This document shows, one piece after another, positions 19,932-30,841 of a stretch of DNA of 64,000 nt; position 1 is the stretch's first letter, and each line of letters begins with the position of its first letter. The position numbers and the translations under genes are program-made. The notes below the pieces were generated by a model. The model was not told where the DNA came from, searched no databases, and saw nothing but the letters and a program-made list of their open reading frames with translations. Origin of the DNA: Longimicrobiales bacterium (GTDB lineage Bacteria > Gemmatimonadota > Gemmatimonadetes > Longimicrobiales > Gaopeijiaceae). The DNA lies in the NCBI GenBank assembly GCA_965249725.1, contig CBDFMQ010000002.1:416001-480000 (forward strand), given 5' to 3'.

Positions 19932-22632
19932 CTACCGAATCGTCACCCCGATCTCCGCCTGTCGCTTGTGGAACGCGAGCGAGGACACCCCGAACGTCGG
20001 CTGATCCAGAACGGTCCCCATCCCAGCTGGATCGAAGTTCGTCCGATTCAGGAGGTTGTAGACGCTGAACTGTACGCCGGCTGTTCGGCCGTCTGCGACG
20101 TCGAAATTCCAGCCCAGTCTCATGTCGACACGTAGGAAGTTCGGACCTTCGTGGCCGTTTCTGGGCTCTCCTGGAGGACGGTCTGCATTAATGCCGTCCC
20201 TGTTCAAGTCGTCGACGACGATGGCCGTGTAAGGCCGACCGGAGGAGTACACGAGTTTCCCCGACACCGAGAGGCCGAACGGATAGTCGAACCCCCCGGT
20301 AGCGACGATGCGGTGCCTCTCGTCCCACGCCGCTCGTCCTTTGAGACCCGAGAAGTCCGTCACCTCGGGGTCGAGCGGGCCTTGAATGAAGTCGTTCCAG
20401 GCATCGCTCGTGTTCTGGCGATCCGCGAGGGTGTAAGCGAGGGTCATCCAGCCGCGATCGAGAGTCTTACTCGCCTGCATCATCAGGAGCTTGGCGTCCG
20501 CCTCGCCTTCGGTGAGCATCTGAAACAGATCCCCGTGGTCGGGATACTTCCGGACCTCATAGTCGGCGTCCCACGTGTTCAGGGATCGCTCCATCGGGAT
20601 GTTCCGGCCTTGAATCACCAGGCCGTCGACACGAAGCACGACTCCGCCCGTCACCTCCTGCTCAAATCCGAGCGAAAACTGCCTCGTCATGGGGGTCTTG
20701 AGTTCAGCGGCATTGGGCCAGTGGAGCTCGCCGAAGAAGAGGGGATTGTCCCGAAGCAGCTCGTCCACGTTGAGCGAGGCGGGTTCGGGGATCCCACCAA
20801 ACAAGAAGGCGCCGGAATGGGACTCCAGGCCGTCGCCTAGCGAATGCTGCGGCAGGGCGTCGTAAAAGATGCCGAATCCGCCACGGATCACCGTGCTACC
20901 ATCCTCCGCCGCATCCCAGGCAAAACCGAGTCTCGGCCCGATGTTGTTCTTGTCGACGGGGCGTGGTGTAGTGCGAATGAACGGAAGTTGTCCCGCCAGG
21001 GGCGACACGTACCCCTGGTTCGTTCCGTTGGTCTCGATCTCGTAGCGTAAGCCGATGTTCAGGGTCAGCGACGGCGTGGGATTCCATTCGTCCTGGGCGA
21101 ACACCGCTACTTGGGTATTCTGCGACACCGTGCCGATCAGTCCGGATCCCACAAGTGCGAACTCGGGGTCCACGGCTTCATCGGAGGGAAAGAAGAAGAG
21201 GCCGTCTTCAAGGATGTGGTATCGGGCGTGGTTGTCCTGCCAGCTTACCTGTGTCCCAAGCTTGATGCGGTGCGTCCCCGAGGCACCGGTCGCGACGAAC
21301 GACAGGTCCTCGATCAGTTCGATCCGAGTGTAGTTCGTCGGGCCCCACTCCGGAACCGGTCCGACGCAGATGGATGGATAACAAAGTGTTGGACCAGCAT
21401 CCGCGATCCGACCTTCATTGAAGTTTCGGTGGATCACGTGGAACCGCGCCTGGTTCACCATCCCGCCACCCAGAGACCACCGATGCGTGAGCAGAGCACC
21501 GTGCAGATCCGATGAGAGCAAGAGGCCTGTCGATGGGCTGGCCGGGGGGTCGTCCGCACCGACTCCGACAACCTTCTCCGCGATCTCGCCGGTGTATCGC
21601 AGGCTCAATTCGTGGGTGTCGCTGATCCTGTGATCCAGGCGCGCGAACATCAGATTGTCGGTGAACGGCGTCTTGAAGGTCCCGTTGACCCCGGGTATTG
21701 GGCTGGCCGTGTTGATGGTGGCGAAGTTGTTCTCCACCTTCCGTTCCATGGCCATGAAGAAGTGCGTTCGGTCCTGAGCAATCGGACCGCCGACGGCGAA
21801 GCCCCAGTGCGAACGGCTGAAGTCCGGTTTCGTTTCTTCGAAATGGCCGAGGGCCGTCATCTGGCGGCCTCGGAAGAGCCCGAAAGCCTCGATCTCAAAC
21901 TCGTTCGTACCCCGACGGGTGACGGCGTTGACGACGCCGGATGCCGTCCGCCCCAGCTCCGCGGAATAGGACGTCTGGATGACCTCGAACTCCTGAATGG
22001 CGAGTAGAGGTACTCCGCCGGTCACGTCCCCGAACGCCGGCTCAGTAAAGTCGCCACCGTCCACGAGCACACCCATGGATTGAGCGTTCAACGCTCCGAC
22101 GGAGATTTCGGTGCCGAGGTTCGTGTACCCTACGCCCGGCCCGGTGGTCGCGCCGGGCGCGAGGGCCGCGAGGTCAATGAAGCTGCGGGACTCCTCGGGG
22201 AGGCGTTGGATCATCTCTTGATCCATCGCGAACGCAACGTCGGCGTCGGTGGAGGCGACCAGAGTGCGGGGAGCCAGGACCCGAATACCCTCCAACTCGA
22301 GGGCGCTGACAGCGACGGTGAAGTCCAGTGTCAGCGTCTTGCCGATCGGGAGCGCGACGTCCTCTTGGGCGGTCGATTCCAAGCCGATGCGGCTTGCGAG
22401 AATGTCGTAGCGCCCCGGGGGGAGCCCGGTCAGCCAATATCGTCCCGTCGGCGTCGTTGCCGCCTCATACCGGAAGCCGGTGGCCACGTTGGTCGCGGTG
22501 ATCTCCACAGCGGACAGCTTCGGAGTCTTGTACCACGCCCGTGAGTTCTGCTGTGGCGGTTTGGCCGAGGGCTGGGATGCTGGTGGCTGCCAGCAGCAAA
22601 GAGACCGCTAGAATGGGTCGTAACTGACGCAT
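19932..22632 (-). pseudogene. TonB-dependent receptor (Oar-like) with a frameshift near the 5' end; pseudogene or sequence error
   Basis: Main ORF 22508-19932 has plug motif IQEFEV..YSAELGR..GVVNAVT and barrel motifs QDEW/LNIGLRYE/PRLGFAWD. The signal peptide MRQLRPILAVSLLLAATSIPALGQ starts at 22632 in a different frame. Confidence 0.8.
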
Positions 22633-22751
22633 GGCGGGATTCCTTTTTTAGGTGGTTTCCACTGCGGGGTGGAAACCGTTGTGTCTAGGGTGTGCGGCTC
22701 CGGTGGGGATAGCAAGAAAGCTACGTTCTCTGCGACGACTCAGATCCCATC

Positions 22752-22796
22752 GCCGTCCCCATATCACACACAGGAAACGGGGTAGGGGAGTGCTCA
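22752..22796 (-). promoter_or_regulatory. 45-bp motif, copy B; candidate ECF-sigma promoter of the TonB-dependent receptor gene
   Basis: 37/45 ungapped identity with 10105-10149; same orientation relative to its downstream gene. Confidence 0.6.
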
Positions 22797-22870
22797 CGGC
22801 CGTATAGCGTGCCCTCTTTCGGCCCAACTCGCCCGTGGCACTCCGCGCACACTAGGGACATTTTGAAGCG

Positions 22871-23467
22871 ATGCCCGATCCCCGATTGCTAGATACCGAG
22901 CTTCGCGAAGAGCCGCTGACCAGTCTGGCTGCACATGCCGAGATCTCCATCGCCTTTCAGGGGGACCGCGTCCTGATCCCCAGCACCGAGCCAGGAGGTC
23001 TCGAGGCACTGACTCTCGTGGAGGTCCTCCAAGAGCCTCCCTATATGAATGACTATGATGCCATCCCCGGGAACGACCCACTGGACTGGCCTCGCCGCTT
23101 CGATACATCCGGTTGGGCTCTGATCTCGGCGTGGCTTGGCGGCGAGCGGGTTGGTGGCGTCGTCATCGCTTACTCGACCGAGGGTGTCGATATGCTCGAA
23201 GGCCGCTTGGACCTCGCCGTGCTCTGGGACTTCCGCGTGGCGCCTGAAGTGCGCGGCACCGGGGTAGGGGCGGCACTCTTCGAGGCCAGCGAGGAATGGG
23301 CGCGAAGCAGGGGCTGCATCGAGCTGAAGGTGGAGACGCAGAACATCAATGTGCCCGCCTGCACGTTCTACGAGAGGCAGGGCTGCGAGCTGCGCGCGAT
23401 CGATCGATTCGCCTACCCAGACGTACCCGACGAGATTCAACTACTCTGGTACAAACGGCTTACTTAA
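22871..23467 (+). CDS. GNAT-family N-acetyltransferase (streptothricin acetyltransferase-like)
   Basis: VAPEVRGTGVG acetyl-CoA motif; VETQNINVPACTFY; LLWYK. Confidence 0.85.
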   Translation: MPDPRLLDTELREEPLTSLAAHAEISIAFQGDRVLIPSTEPGGLEALTLVEVLQEPPYMNDYDAIPGNDPLDWPRRFDTSGWALISAWLGGERVGGVVIAYSTEGVDMLEGRLDLAVLWDFRVAPEVRGTGVGAALFEASEEWARSRGCIELKVETQNINVPACTFYERQGCELRAIDRFAYPDVPDEIQLLWYKRLT

Positions 23468-23618
23468 GCCATATAACAGGACTAGTCTGCCAGAATGGCT
23501 GAAATGCCCTACCCCTTCGCCAGCCGCTGTGATACCTTGGTTCTCCGACTCACGAAGTGCTCCGCCGGGGCCTTCGTCCTCACGTGACTCCTCCCCTCGA
23601 ACCGCGACACCGACCGAT

Positions 23619-24734
23619 ATGACCGACACCTTGAAGCGGACCCCTCTTTACGACGAACACGTGGCTCTAGGCGGCAAGATGGTCCCCTTCGCCGGCTATG
23701 AGATGCCGGTGCAGTACCCGACCGGCATCACGGCCGAGCATCAGGCGGTTCGCACCGCCGCCGGGCTCTTCGACGCCTCTCACATGGGAGAGTTCATTGC
23801 CCGAGGTCCCCAGGCCCTCGATCTGATCCAGAGGGTCAGCGTCAACGATGCGTCGGTTCTCGATGTGGGCCAGTGCCAGTACACCGCGCTCTGTCTCGAG
23901 ACCGGTGGCATCCTGGACGACTTCCTGGTCTACCGCGGGGGAGACCACTACATGCTGGTCGTGAACGCGTCGCGACGAGAAGAGGACTGGGAGTGGTTCA
24001 ACAAGCACGCCGAAGGATTGGACGTCGAGCTCGAGGACATCTCCGACGGCACGGCCCTTCTCGCGCTCCAGGGACCCCGTGCGCAGGAGATACTGGCCCC
24101 CCTCACGGACGCGGATCTGGACGCTGTAGGGTACTACCGGTTTACATCAGGCAGCGTCTCCGGATCCGATTCGCATGCCATCATCAGCCGCACCGGGTAC
24201 ACGGGCGAGGACGGCTTCGAGCTCTACGTTGCGTCGGACGATGCCGCGGCCGTATGGAGGAAGCTCGTCGAAGACGGACAGGCCGCCGGGCTTCTGCCCG
24301 CCGGTCTCGGCTCGCGCGACTCGCTTCGCCTCGAAGTCGGCTTTGCCCTCAACGGCAACGACTTGGATGACGAGCACACCCCGCTGGAGGCAGGTCTTGG
24401 CTGGCTCGTGAAGCTCGACAAGGAAGACTTCGTGGCCCGCGACGTCCTGGTTCAACAGAAGGGAGACGGCGTGCCCCGGAGGTTGGTGGGCATCCGGCTG
24501 ACCGAGCGGGGTTTCCCGCGTCCGGGGTATCCCATCGTCTTCGAGGACACCGAGGTAGGCGTCGTGAGCAGCGGCACGGTAAGCCCCTCGTTGGGCTACG
24601 GGATCGCCATGGGCTACGTGCCGAGTAGTATGGCGGCGCCCGACACGCCGCTCGGCGTCCGGGTCAGGGACAAGGTGATCCCCGGAGTGGTCCAGCGTCC
24701 TCCGTTCTACACGGAGGGCACGGTCCGCCGCTGA
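23619..24734 (+). CDS. gcvT: Glycine cleavage system aminomethyltransferase T
   Basis: [41 protein letters not shown]; start reassigned to ATG 23619. Confidence 0.95.
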   Translation: MTDTLKRTPLYDEHVALGGKMVPFAGYEMPVQYPTGITAEHQAVRTAAGLFDASHMGEFIARGPQALDLIQRVSVNDASVLDVGQCQYTALCLETGGILDDFLVYRGGDHYMLVVNASRREEDWEWFNKHAEGLDVELEDISDGTALLALQGPRAQEILAPLTDADLDAVGYYRFTSGSVSGSDSHAIISRTGYTGEDGFELYVASDDAAAVWRKLVEDGQAAGLLPAGLGSRDSLRLEVGFALNGNDLDDEHTPLEAGLGWLVKLDKEDFVARDVLVQQKGDGVPRRLVGIRLTERGFPRPGYPIVFEDTEVGVVSSGTVSPSLGYGIAMGYVPSSMAAPDTPLGVRVRDKVIPGVVQRPPFYTEGTVRR

Positions 24735-24753
24735 GCGGAGCCGAGGAAGCGAT

Positions 24754-25338
24754 ATGCGCGTTGCGATCCTGACCGTGAGTGACGGGTGTTCCCGTGGCGA
24801 GCGGGAAGACAGGAGCGGCGACCTCATTGCCGAGTGGTGTGCCCGCCTCGGATACGAACTGGCGGATCGTACCGTCGTCCCCGACGAGAGCCAGGAGATC
24901 GTGCCTCATCTGGTGACGTGGGCGGATTCGGGCCAGGTAGACGCCGTGCTGACCACTGGCGGTACCGGATTGTCTCCACGAGACGTCACTCCCGAGGCGA
25001 CCGCGAGCGTGCTCGACAAGGAAGCGCCGGGCATCGCCGATGCCATGAGACGCCAGGGCCTCCCGGGCACACCTACGGCCGTATTGTCGCGGGGGTTGGC
25101 GGGATCGAGGGGCACGACCTTCGTGGCCAACCTCCCGGGGAGTCCGGGTGGGGTTCGTGACGGACTCGAAGTGCTGGAGGGTCTCCTTCCACACGTCGTC
25201 GATCTTCTGCACGGCAAGACGGCTCACGAGCCCCCGGCTGGGGACACAGCGGTCGACCCGGCGGGCGACCCGACGACGGGCCCGGTGGGGGGCCCAGTGG
25301 GGGGCCCAGTGGGGGGCCCGGTGGGGGAGACGCCATGA
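24754..25338 (+). CDS. MogA/MoaB molybdenum cofactor biosynthesis protein
   Basis: [32 protein letters not shown]. Confidence 0.92.
   Translation: MRVAILTVSDGCSRGEREDRSGDLIAEWCARLGYELADRTVVPDESQEIVPHLVTWADSGQVDAVLTTGGTGLSPRDVTPEATASVLDKEAPGIADAMRRQGLPGTPTAVLSRGLAGSRGTTFVANLPGSPGGVRDGLEVLEGLLPHVVDLLHGKTAHEPPAGDTAVDPAGDPTTGPVGGPVGGPVGGPVGETP
25278..25325 (+). repeat. 12-bp tandem repeat x4 encoding (GPVG)n
   Basis: GGCCC(G/A)GTGGGG repeated four times. Confidence 0.85.
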
Positions 25339-26996
25339 GCAGTGTCGACACGCAGGGCAGGGTGCTCGTGTCCACGCACGATCTGGAACGGGCCGGAGCG
25401 TTGCGGACCGCCCTGAAGGGGGTGGGATACTCCGTCGAGTTGGTCACGCCCGGCGAAGATGTCAGCGGGGATACGCCGATCCAGCTGCTGGTGATCACCT
25501 CCGAGGCTAGTTCCCAGTCGGCTCAGGACCTCCGCGACCAGGCGCGCGCCCTCTACCAGGCACCCGCTTTCGCGATCACGGACGACCGAGAGGCGTTACC
25601 CCGCCTATCGCATGAGTACGCAGAGGTGTTCACAGCGAGCACGCGCCCCGATGACGTGGTGGTCGTAGCGCGTGCGTTGATCGAACGCCGGCACCTACAG
25701 GCCATGGCGGGAATCGTAGGCGAGACCGACGCCATGAAGGAGGCGTTGGAGCGAGTGGTGCAGTTCGCCCCTGTGAACGCCACCGTTCTCGTCACAGGCG
25801 AGTCGGGCACCGGGAAAGAACTCGTCGCCAGAGGCATTCATCACTTGTCTCCCCGTCGACACAAGCCGTTCATCGCCGTCAACGTGGCCGCCCTTTCCGA
25901 GACGCTGTTAGAGAGCGAGCTGTTCGGACACGAAAAGGGGGCGTTCACCGGCGCGATCGACTCCAGACGGGGTCTTTTCGAGCTCGCGGACAAGGGCACG
26001 ATTTTCCTGGACGAGATCGGCGAGATGCCGATGGCCACTCAGACCAAACTCCTTCGCGTGCTCGAGCAGCGAGAGTTCTACCGGGTGGGTGGTGAGGCCC
26101 TGATCCATGTGGACGTCCGGATCGTCACCGCCACGAACCAGGATCTCAAGCAGTTGGTCGCGGTGGGCCAGTTCAGGAAGGACCTCTACTACCGGCTGCA
26201 CGTGCTTCACATCGAGCTTCCCCCGCTTCGCCGCCGTCGCGAGGACGTCCCGCTGCTGGTCGAGGCGTTCATCAAGGATGCCAGCGCTCGTCACGACCGG
26301 CAGTTCGAGGGCATCTCACCCGCGGCGATGCAGATCCTCCAGGAGCACCATTGGCCCGGCAACATCCGGGAGCTTCAAAACCTGGTCGAGAGCATGGTCG
26401 TGCTGGCCCCGGGGCGTGAGGTGCTGCCCGAGGACATTCCGAAGGAAGTGCGCGGCCTGGAAAAGGGCGTGGGCGCGTTGGTTCCGGTCGGGCGCGGAGC
26501 CGAACCGGGCGGTGACGTCGCGGCCGGGCAGGGCCTCCGACCCGAGCTCGAGTTCATCTTCCGGACGCTGGTGGATCTGCGCTTGGACGTGGACGACCTG
26601 AAGCAGGAGTTCGATGTCTATCGGGACCGGGGCCCGGACGCTTCGCAGGCCATCGAACCCTACCGAGTAGGAACCGGAGACCGGCCGGCGGGGACGGACA
26701 AGGTGGAGATCGGGGTGCGGCCCCGGGAGTCGAAAGGCGAGGACGCTTGGGTGGTCGGAGACGGTGAAGCGTCAGGGATTTCGGATGCGTCGTACGGGGT
26801 CGAGCCGGTCGAGGTGGAGCCGCCCGGTACCGTCGTCTACCGCTCGGGGATGACCATGGAGGATCTCGAGCGTGAAGCCATCACCGCCGCGTTGGACGAG
26901 ATGCGTGGGAATCGACGGAAGGCGGCGCAGCTCCTCGCGATCGGTGAGCGGACGCTCTATCGCAAGATCAAGAAGTTCGGGTTGGACGACGAATAG
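25335..26996 (+). CDS. Sigma54-dependent activator (bEBP) with degenerate receiver-like domain and Fis-type HTH
   Basis: [41 protein letters not shown]. Confidence 0.92.
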   Translation: MSSVDTQGRVLVSTHDLERAGALRTALKGVGYSVELVTPGEDVSGDTPIQLLVITSEASSQSAQDLRDQARALYQAPAFAITDDREALPRLSHEYAEVFTASTRPDDVVVVARALIERRHLQAMAGIVGETDAMKEALERVVQFAPVNATVLVTGESGTGKELVARGIHHLSPRRHKPFIAVNVAALSETLLESELFGHEKGAFTGAIDSRRGLFELADKGTIFLDEIGEMPMATQTKLLRVLEQREFYRVGGEALIHVDVRIVTATNQDLKQLVAVGQFRKDLYYRLHVLHIELPPLRRRREDVPLLVEAFIKDASARHDRQFEGISPAAMQILQEHHWPGNIRELQNLVESMVVLAPGREVLPEDIPKEVRGLEKGVGALVPVGRGAEPGGDVAAGQGLRPELEFIFRTLVDLRLDVDDLKQEFDVYRDRGPDASQAIEPYRVGTGDRPAGTDKVEIGVRPRESKGEDAWVVGDGEASGISDASYGVEPVEVEPPGTVVYRSGMTMEDLEREAITAALDEMRGNRRKAAQLLAIGERTLYRKIKKFGLDDE

Positions 26997-27012
26997 GGCG
27001 CCTGCCGACCGT

Positions 27013-27672
27013 CTAGAAGAGCGGACCCCCGGTTCGGCCCCGGACCCGCACTCGCTCCAGCTCGAGCCGGGTCAAGATCCCCTCCCAGGACGTATCCCGG
27101 GCGCCTTCGTACTCTACGGTCAGCGCGATCTCGAGATCTATCCTCGGATCAAAGGCATAGACGGCGATCTGTGTCTCTTCTTGCCGTAGACGCTGCCCAC
27201 CCCAGCCGGGCGTAATGGCATGGATGGCCTCAGGCCTGTAGCGGAGCCCCCGATTCACGATGTGCAGGCTCTCCGGCTCGTAACGCACTGTCGGATCGCG
27301 GCTGAACAACGACACCAGGAAGAGGGAAGGGGTGGTCCCGGCTTGGGATCGCAGCGCCGCCCGGCTCGACCGGGCGAGCCCGGCCAACCGCTCGTAGGTA
27401 TCTGGAGCGGCCAGGCGGATGACCGATTCGGAGAGCGGCGTCACCTTGAGCTGCAACGCCCCGCTCTCCAGCGTGAGCGTGAACTCGTCCTGGATGAGGG
27501 TGCCGTACCCCGCAGGCACGAGCACCCGTTCCCCGGCGGGGCCCGTCGGTTGCCCGACCGTCGCGGGAGTGCCGACCCCTCCACATCCCGTGAGGACCGT
27601 CAGCATCAGCGGCAGCAGCAGTATGGTCGCTCGCGTGCCGCCCAAGGAACGTCGGGTCATGCGTCGGGTCAT
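27013..27672 (-). CDS. Hypothetical lipoprotein
   Basis: Hydrophobic stretch followed by lipobox LTGC; ATGA overlap with engB. Confidence 0.65.
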   Translation of the reverse strand: MTRRMTRRSLGGTRATILLLPLMLTVLTGCGGVGTPATVGQPTGPAGERVLVPAGYGTLIQDEFTLTLESGALQLKVTPLSESVIRLAAPDTYERLAGLARSSRAALRSQAGTTPSLFLVSLFSRDPTVRYEPESLHIVNRGLRYRPEAIHAITPGWGGQRLRQEETQIAVYAFDPRIDLEIALTVEYEGARDTSWEGILTRLELERVRVRGRTGGPLF

Positions 27673-28274
27673 GCCCGCGGATCCTCGGGGCCTACCAGGC
27701 CCTCTAGCGCGTCCAGGAGGTCCTCACGCCCTTCCCCCGTCTTCGCGGAGAACGGGAGGAGCTGATCCTCATCGAGGCCCAGTTGCTCCATGGCCGTCGC
27801 GACGGCTCGCTGGCGCTGTGCCTTTTTCAGTTTGTCCATCTTCGTCAGTACCACCAGCGTGGGCAGCTTCCGTTCGGCCAGATACGAGACCATCTGCCGA
27901 TCGGTGGCAGTCGGTTCGTGACGAGCGTCCACTAGGTGTACGACTCCCCGCAGCATCCGTTCCCCTTCGAGGTATTGCTCGATCAGGGTCTTCCACGACG
28001 CTCGAACCTTGGCCGAGACCTTGGCGTATCCGAACCCGGGGAGATCGACGAGGAAGAAATGATCGTTGACCCGGTAGAAGTTCAGCGACTGGGTCTTGCC
28101 GGGTTCCCCCGAAACGCGGGCCAGCTTCTTTCGAGTCCGCTTGAGAAGGACGTTGACCAGCGAGGACTTTCCGACGTTCGATCGTCCGGAGAAGGCGACC
28201 TGAGGAAGCTCCTCCGGAACGGGCTCGCCCGGCACATAAAGGCTCGCGGCGAACTCCACCACCCTGACCTTCAT
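27669..28274 (-). CDS. engB: Ribosome biogenesis GTPase YihA/YsxC
   Basis: GRSNVGKSS, PGKT, DLPGFGY, TKMD. Confidence 0.95.
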   Translation of the reverse strand: MKVRVVEFAASLYVPGEPVPEELPQVAFSGRSNVGKSSLVNVLLKRTRKKLARVSGEPGKTQSLNFYRVNDHFFLVDLPGFGYAKVSAKVRASWKTLIEQYLEGERMLRGVVHLVDARHEPTATDRQMVSYLAERKLPTLVVLTKMDKLKKAQRQRAVATAMEQLGLDEDQLLPFSAKTGEGREDLLDALEGLVGPEDPRA

Positions 28275-28275
28275 G

Positions 28276-30699
28276 CTACTGGGACAGCTGAGTACCCAGG
28301 GCCGCCGCGCCCTCGATGGGCCCCCTGCGCGGCTCGGGCTGTTCGGATAGGGCCTCGGTGAGTACCTCGTCCATCGTTCTCACCGGCACGAACTCGAGTC
28401 CCTTCACCACCTCTTCGGGCAGCAGTTCGATCTCCGGAGCATTGGCCACCGGCAGCAGCACCTTCTGTAGTCCGTCGCGCAGGGCCGCCACCATCTTCTC
28501 CTTGATGCCCCCCACGGCGAGGATGCGGCCGCGAAGGGTAATCTCACCCGTCATGGCCACGTCGGAGCGCGAGGGAATGCCCGTGAGCGCCGAAATGAGC
28601 GCGGTCGCAATGGTGATCCCGGCCGACGGCCCGTCCTTGGGCGTCGCGCCCTCCGGGATGTGGATGTGGATGTCCACGTCCTTGTGGAACTGTGGGTCCA
28701 GCCCCAGCCGACTCGCCCGGGAGCGGGCGTAGGTGACCGCGGCGAAGGCCGATTCCCTCATGACGTCGCCCAGGGTTCCCGTGAGCTGCACCTGGCCGCT
28801 CCCGGGAATGACGGCGACCTCGACATCGAGCACCTCGCCGCCCGCTTCGGTCCAGGCCAGCCCGTTGGCCATTCCCGACCGCTCGCCCTCGTCCTCCGTG
28901 CTGCGGCCCAGATAGCGCGGTGGCCCCAGGAGCGCCTTGAGATCGTCGGCGCCGACGGCCAGCGGACCCTCTGAAGCGGCGTCGGGCCGATCGACCTGCT
29001 TGCGGGCGATCTTCCGGGCGACCCGAGAGATGCGACGATCCAGCTCCCGTACTCCGGCCTCGCGCGTGTATTGCCGGATGATCCCCTTGGTGGCGCCTTC
29101 GGTGAGCGCCACCTCTCCCGGATCCAGACCGTGGCGTTCGGCCTGTTGAGGCCACAGGAAGCGGAGACCGATCGCCAATTTTTCCGTGTCCAGATAGCCC
29201 GGCAGACGGATGATCTCCATGCGATCACGGAGCGGATCGGGGATGCCGGCAAGCGTATTGGCCGTCGCCACGAAGAACACATCCGAGAGGTCGTACTCCA
29301 ACTCGAGGTAGTGGTCCGTGAAGCTCTTGTTCTGCTCGGGATCCAGGACCTCCAGTAGGGCCGCACCCGGATCCCCATGGAAATCACGCGCCAGCTTGTC
29401 GACCTCGTCGAGCAGGAACACCGGATTGACCGTGCCGCTGCGCCGCATCCCCTGGAGGACCCGGCCGGGGAGCGCGCCGACGTAGGTGCGCCGGTGACCC
29501 CGGATCTCCGCCTCGTCCCGGACGCCGCCGAGGCTCACCCGCACGAACTCCCGCCCCAGGGCATCGGCGAGGCTACGGCCCAGGGAGGTCTTTCCCACCC
29601 CCGGAGGACCGACCAGGCACAGGATCGGCCCCTTCAGCTGGCCCACCAGAGAAAGCACGGCGACGTGGTCGAGAATCCGTTCCTTGACCTCATCGAGGCC
29701 GTAGTGGGCCTCGTCCAGAACCGCGGTCGCATGCGCGACGTCGAGATTGTCGTCCCGCCGCTGGGTCCAGGGAAGGCCCACGATCCAGTCAAGATAGGTA
29801 CGAATCACGGCGGCTTCCGGGGCCACGGGATTCAACTTCTCCAATCGCCCCAACTCCCGCTCGGCGCGCTCCAGGGCATGCTGGGGGAGGTTCGTCGAAA
29901 CCACCTTGGCGGCCAGGTCGGCCCAGTCGTCGCTCGAGTCGGATCCCAACTCGGAGTGGATGGCCTTCAACTGCTCCTGCAGGTAGAGTTGGCGCCGATC
30001 CGAGTCCATCTGCATGCGAATCTGTGCGTCGAGTTTCTCTTCGATACGGAGAATCTCGAGCTCGCGGACCAGGATCTCCTTGAGCAGCCCGAAGTAGGCC
30101 GGCACGGCGGGCGCCTCCAGGAGTTCCTGCTTCTCCTTCGGGAGCACGAGAAGATGGCCGGAGATCAGGTGCGCCATGCGTAGGCGATCGCCCTCGAGCG
30201 AAACCGACCCCAGGAGTTCGTCGGGCACCCGGTCACTGAGGCGGACGTACTCGCTGAAGAGGCGTACGACGCCCCGCGAGAGTGCTTCGTCTTCGGTGGA
30301 GTCCTGCGAGCTGGCCTGCTCCTCGACCACGAAGGGCTCGATGGAGGCTCTCAGGCCCGCGTCGGAGGGCAAGAAGCGGCGAACCCGGACTCTGCCCAGG
30401 CCCTCGAGCACCACCCGTGCGTTGCCGTCCGGAATCCTCGAGACCTGGAGGATCCGCGCGACCGTACCCACGCGATGGATGTCGTTCCGCTCGGGATCCT
30501 CCACCCCGACGTCTTTCTGGGACAGAAGCAGGATGTATCCGTCGCCCTCCTCCGCCGCTTCGAGGGCGGCCACCGACGGCGGGCGGCCGATGAGCAGGGG
30601 CAGGACCATGTAGGGAAAGAAGACCAGATCCCGGAGGGCCACCACGGGGAGTTGGTCTGGGATCTCGTTGGTCTGATCGACCCGGATCAGCGTGGCCAT
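28276..30699 (-). CDS. lon: Endopeptidase La
   Basis: GPPGVGKT, GHRRTYVG, PKDGPSAG, GGIKEK. Confidence 0.97.
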   Translation of the reverse strand: MATLIRVDQTNEIPDQLPVVALRDLVFFPYMVLPLLIGRPPSVAALEAAEEGDGYILLLSQKDVGVEDPERNDIHRVGTVARILQVSRIPDGNARVVLEGLGRVRVRRFLPSDAGLRASIEPFVVEEQASSQDSTEDEALSRGVVRLFSEYVRLSDRVPDELLGSVSLEGDRLRMAHLISGHLLVLPKEKQELLEAPAVPAYFGLLKEILVRELEILRIEEKLDAQIRMQMDSDRRQLYLQEQLKAIHSELGSDSSDDWADLAAKVVSTNLPQHALERAERELGRLEKLNPVAPEAAVIRTYLDWIVGLPWTQRRDDNLDVAHATAVLDEAHYGLDEVKERILDHVAVLSLVGQLKGPILCLVGPPGVGKTSLGRSLADALGREFVRVSLGGVRDEAEIRGHRRTYVGALPGRVLQGMRRSGTVNPVFLLDEVDKLARDFHGDPGAALLEVLDPEQNKSFTDHYLELEYDLSDVFFVATANTLAGIPDPLRDRMEIIRLPGYLDTEKLAIGLRFLWPQQAERHGLDPGEVALTEGATKGIIRQYTREAGVRELDRRISRVARKIARKQVDRPDAASEGPLAVGADDLKALLGPPRYLGRSTEDEGERSGMANGLAWTEAGGEVLDVEVAVIPGSGQVQLTGTLGDVMRESAFAAVTYARSRASRLGLDPQFHKDVDIHIHIPEGATPKDGPSAGITIATALISALTGIPSRSDVAMTGEITLRGRILAVGGIKEKMVAALRDGLQKVLLPVANAPEIELLPEEVVKGLEFVPVRTMDEVLTEALSEQPEPRRGPIEGAAALGTQLSQ

Positions 30700-30841
30700 T
30701 CGGCTCCTGGGAGCTGCGTCGGTTCGGGCGGACGGATCGCCGCGTCGGCGTCGTCCCGGACGCGCGCTATCGTACTCCGGGAAACAGATGTGGGGAAGGG
30801 GCCTAGCGTGGTGTCCGACACACTCGTGGGATCACATCAGA

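Noticed and set aside
23349..23618. N-terminal extension of GcvT or a glycine riboswitch
   Set aside because: The extension overlaps the GNAT gene and is low-complexity; no riboswitch consensus was recognised
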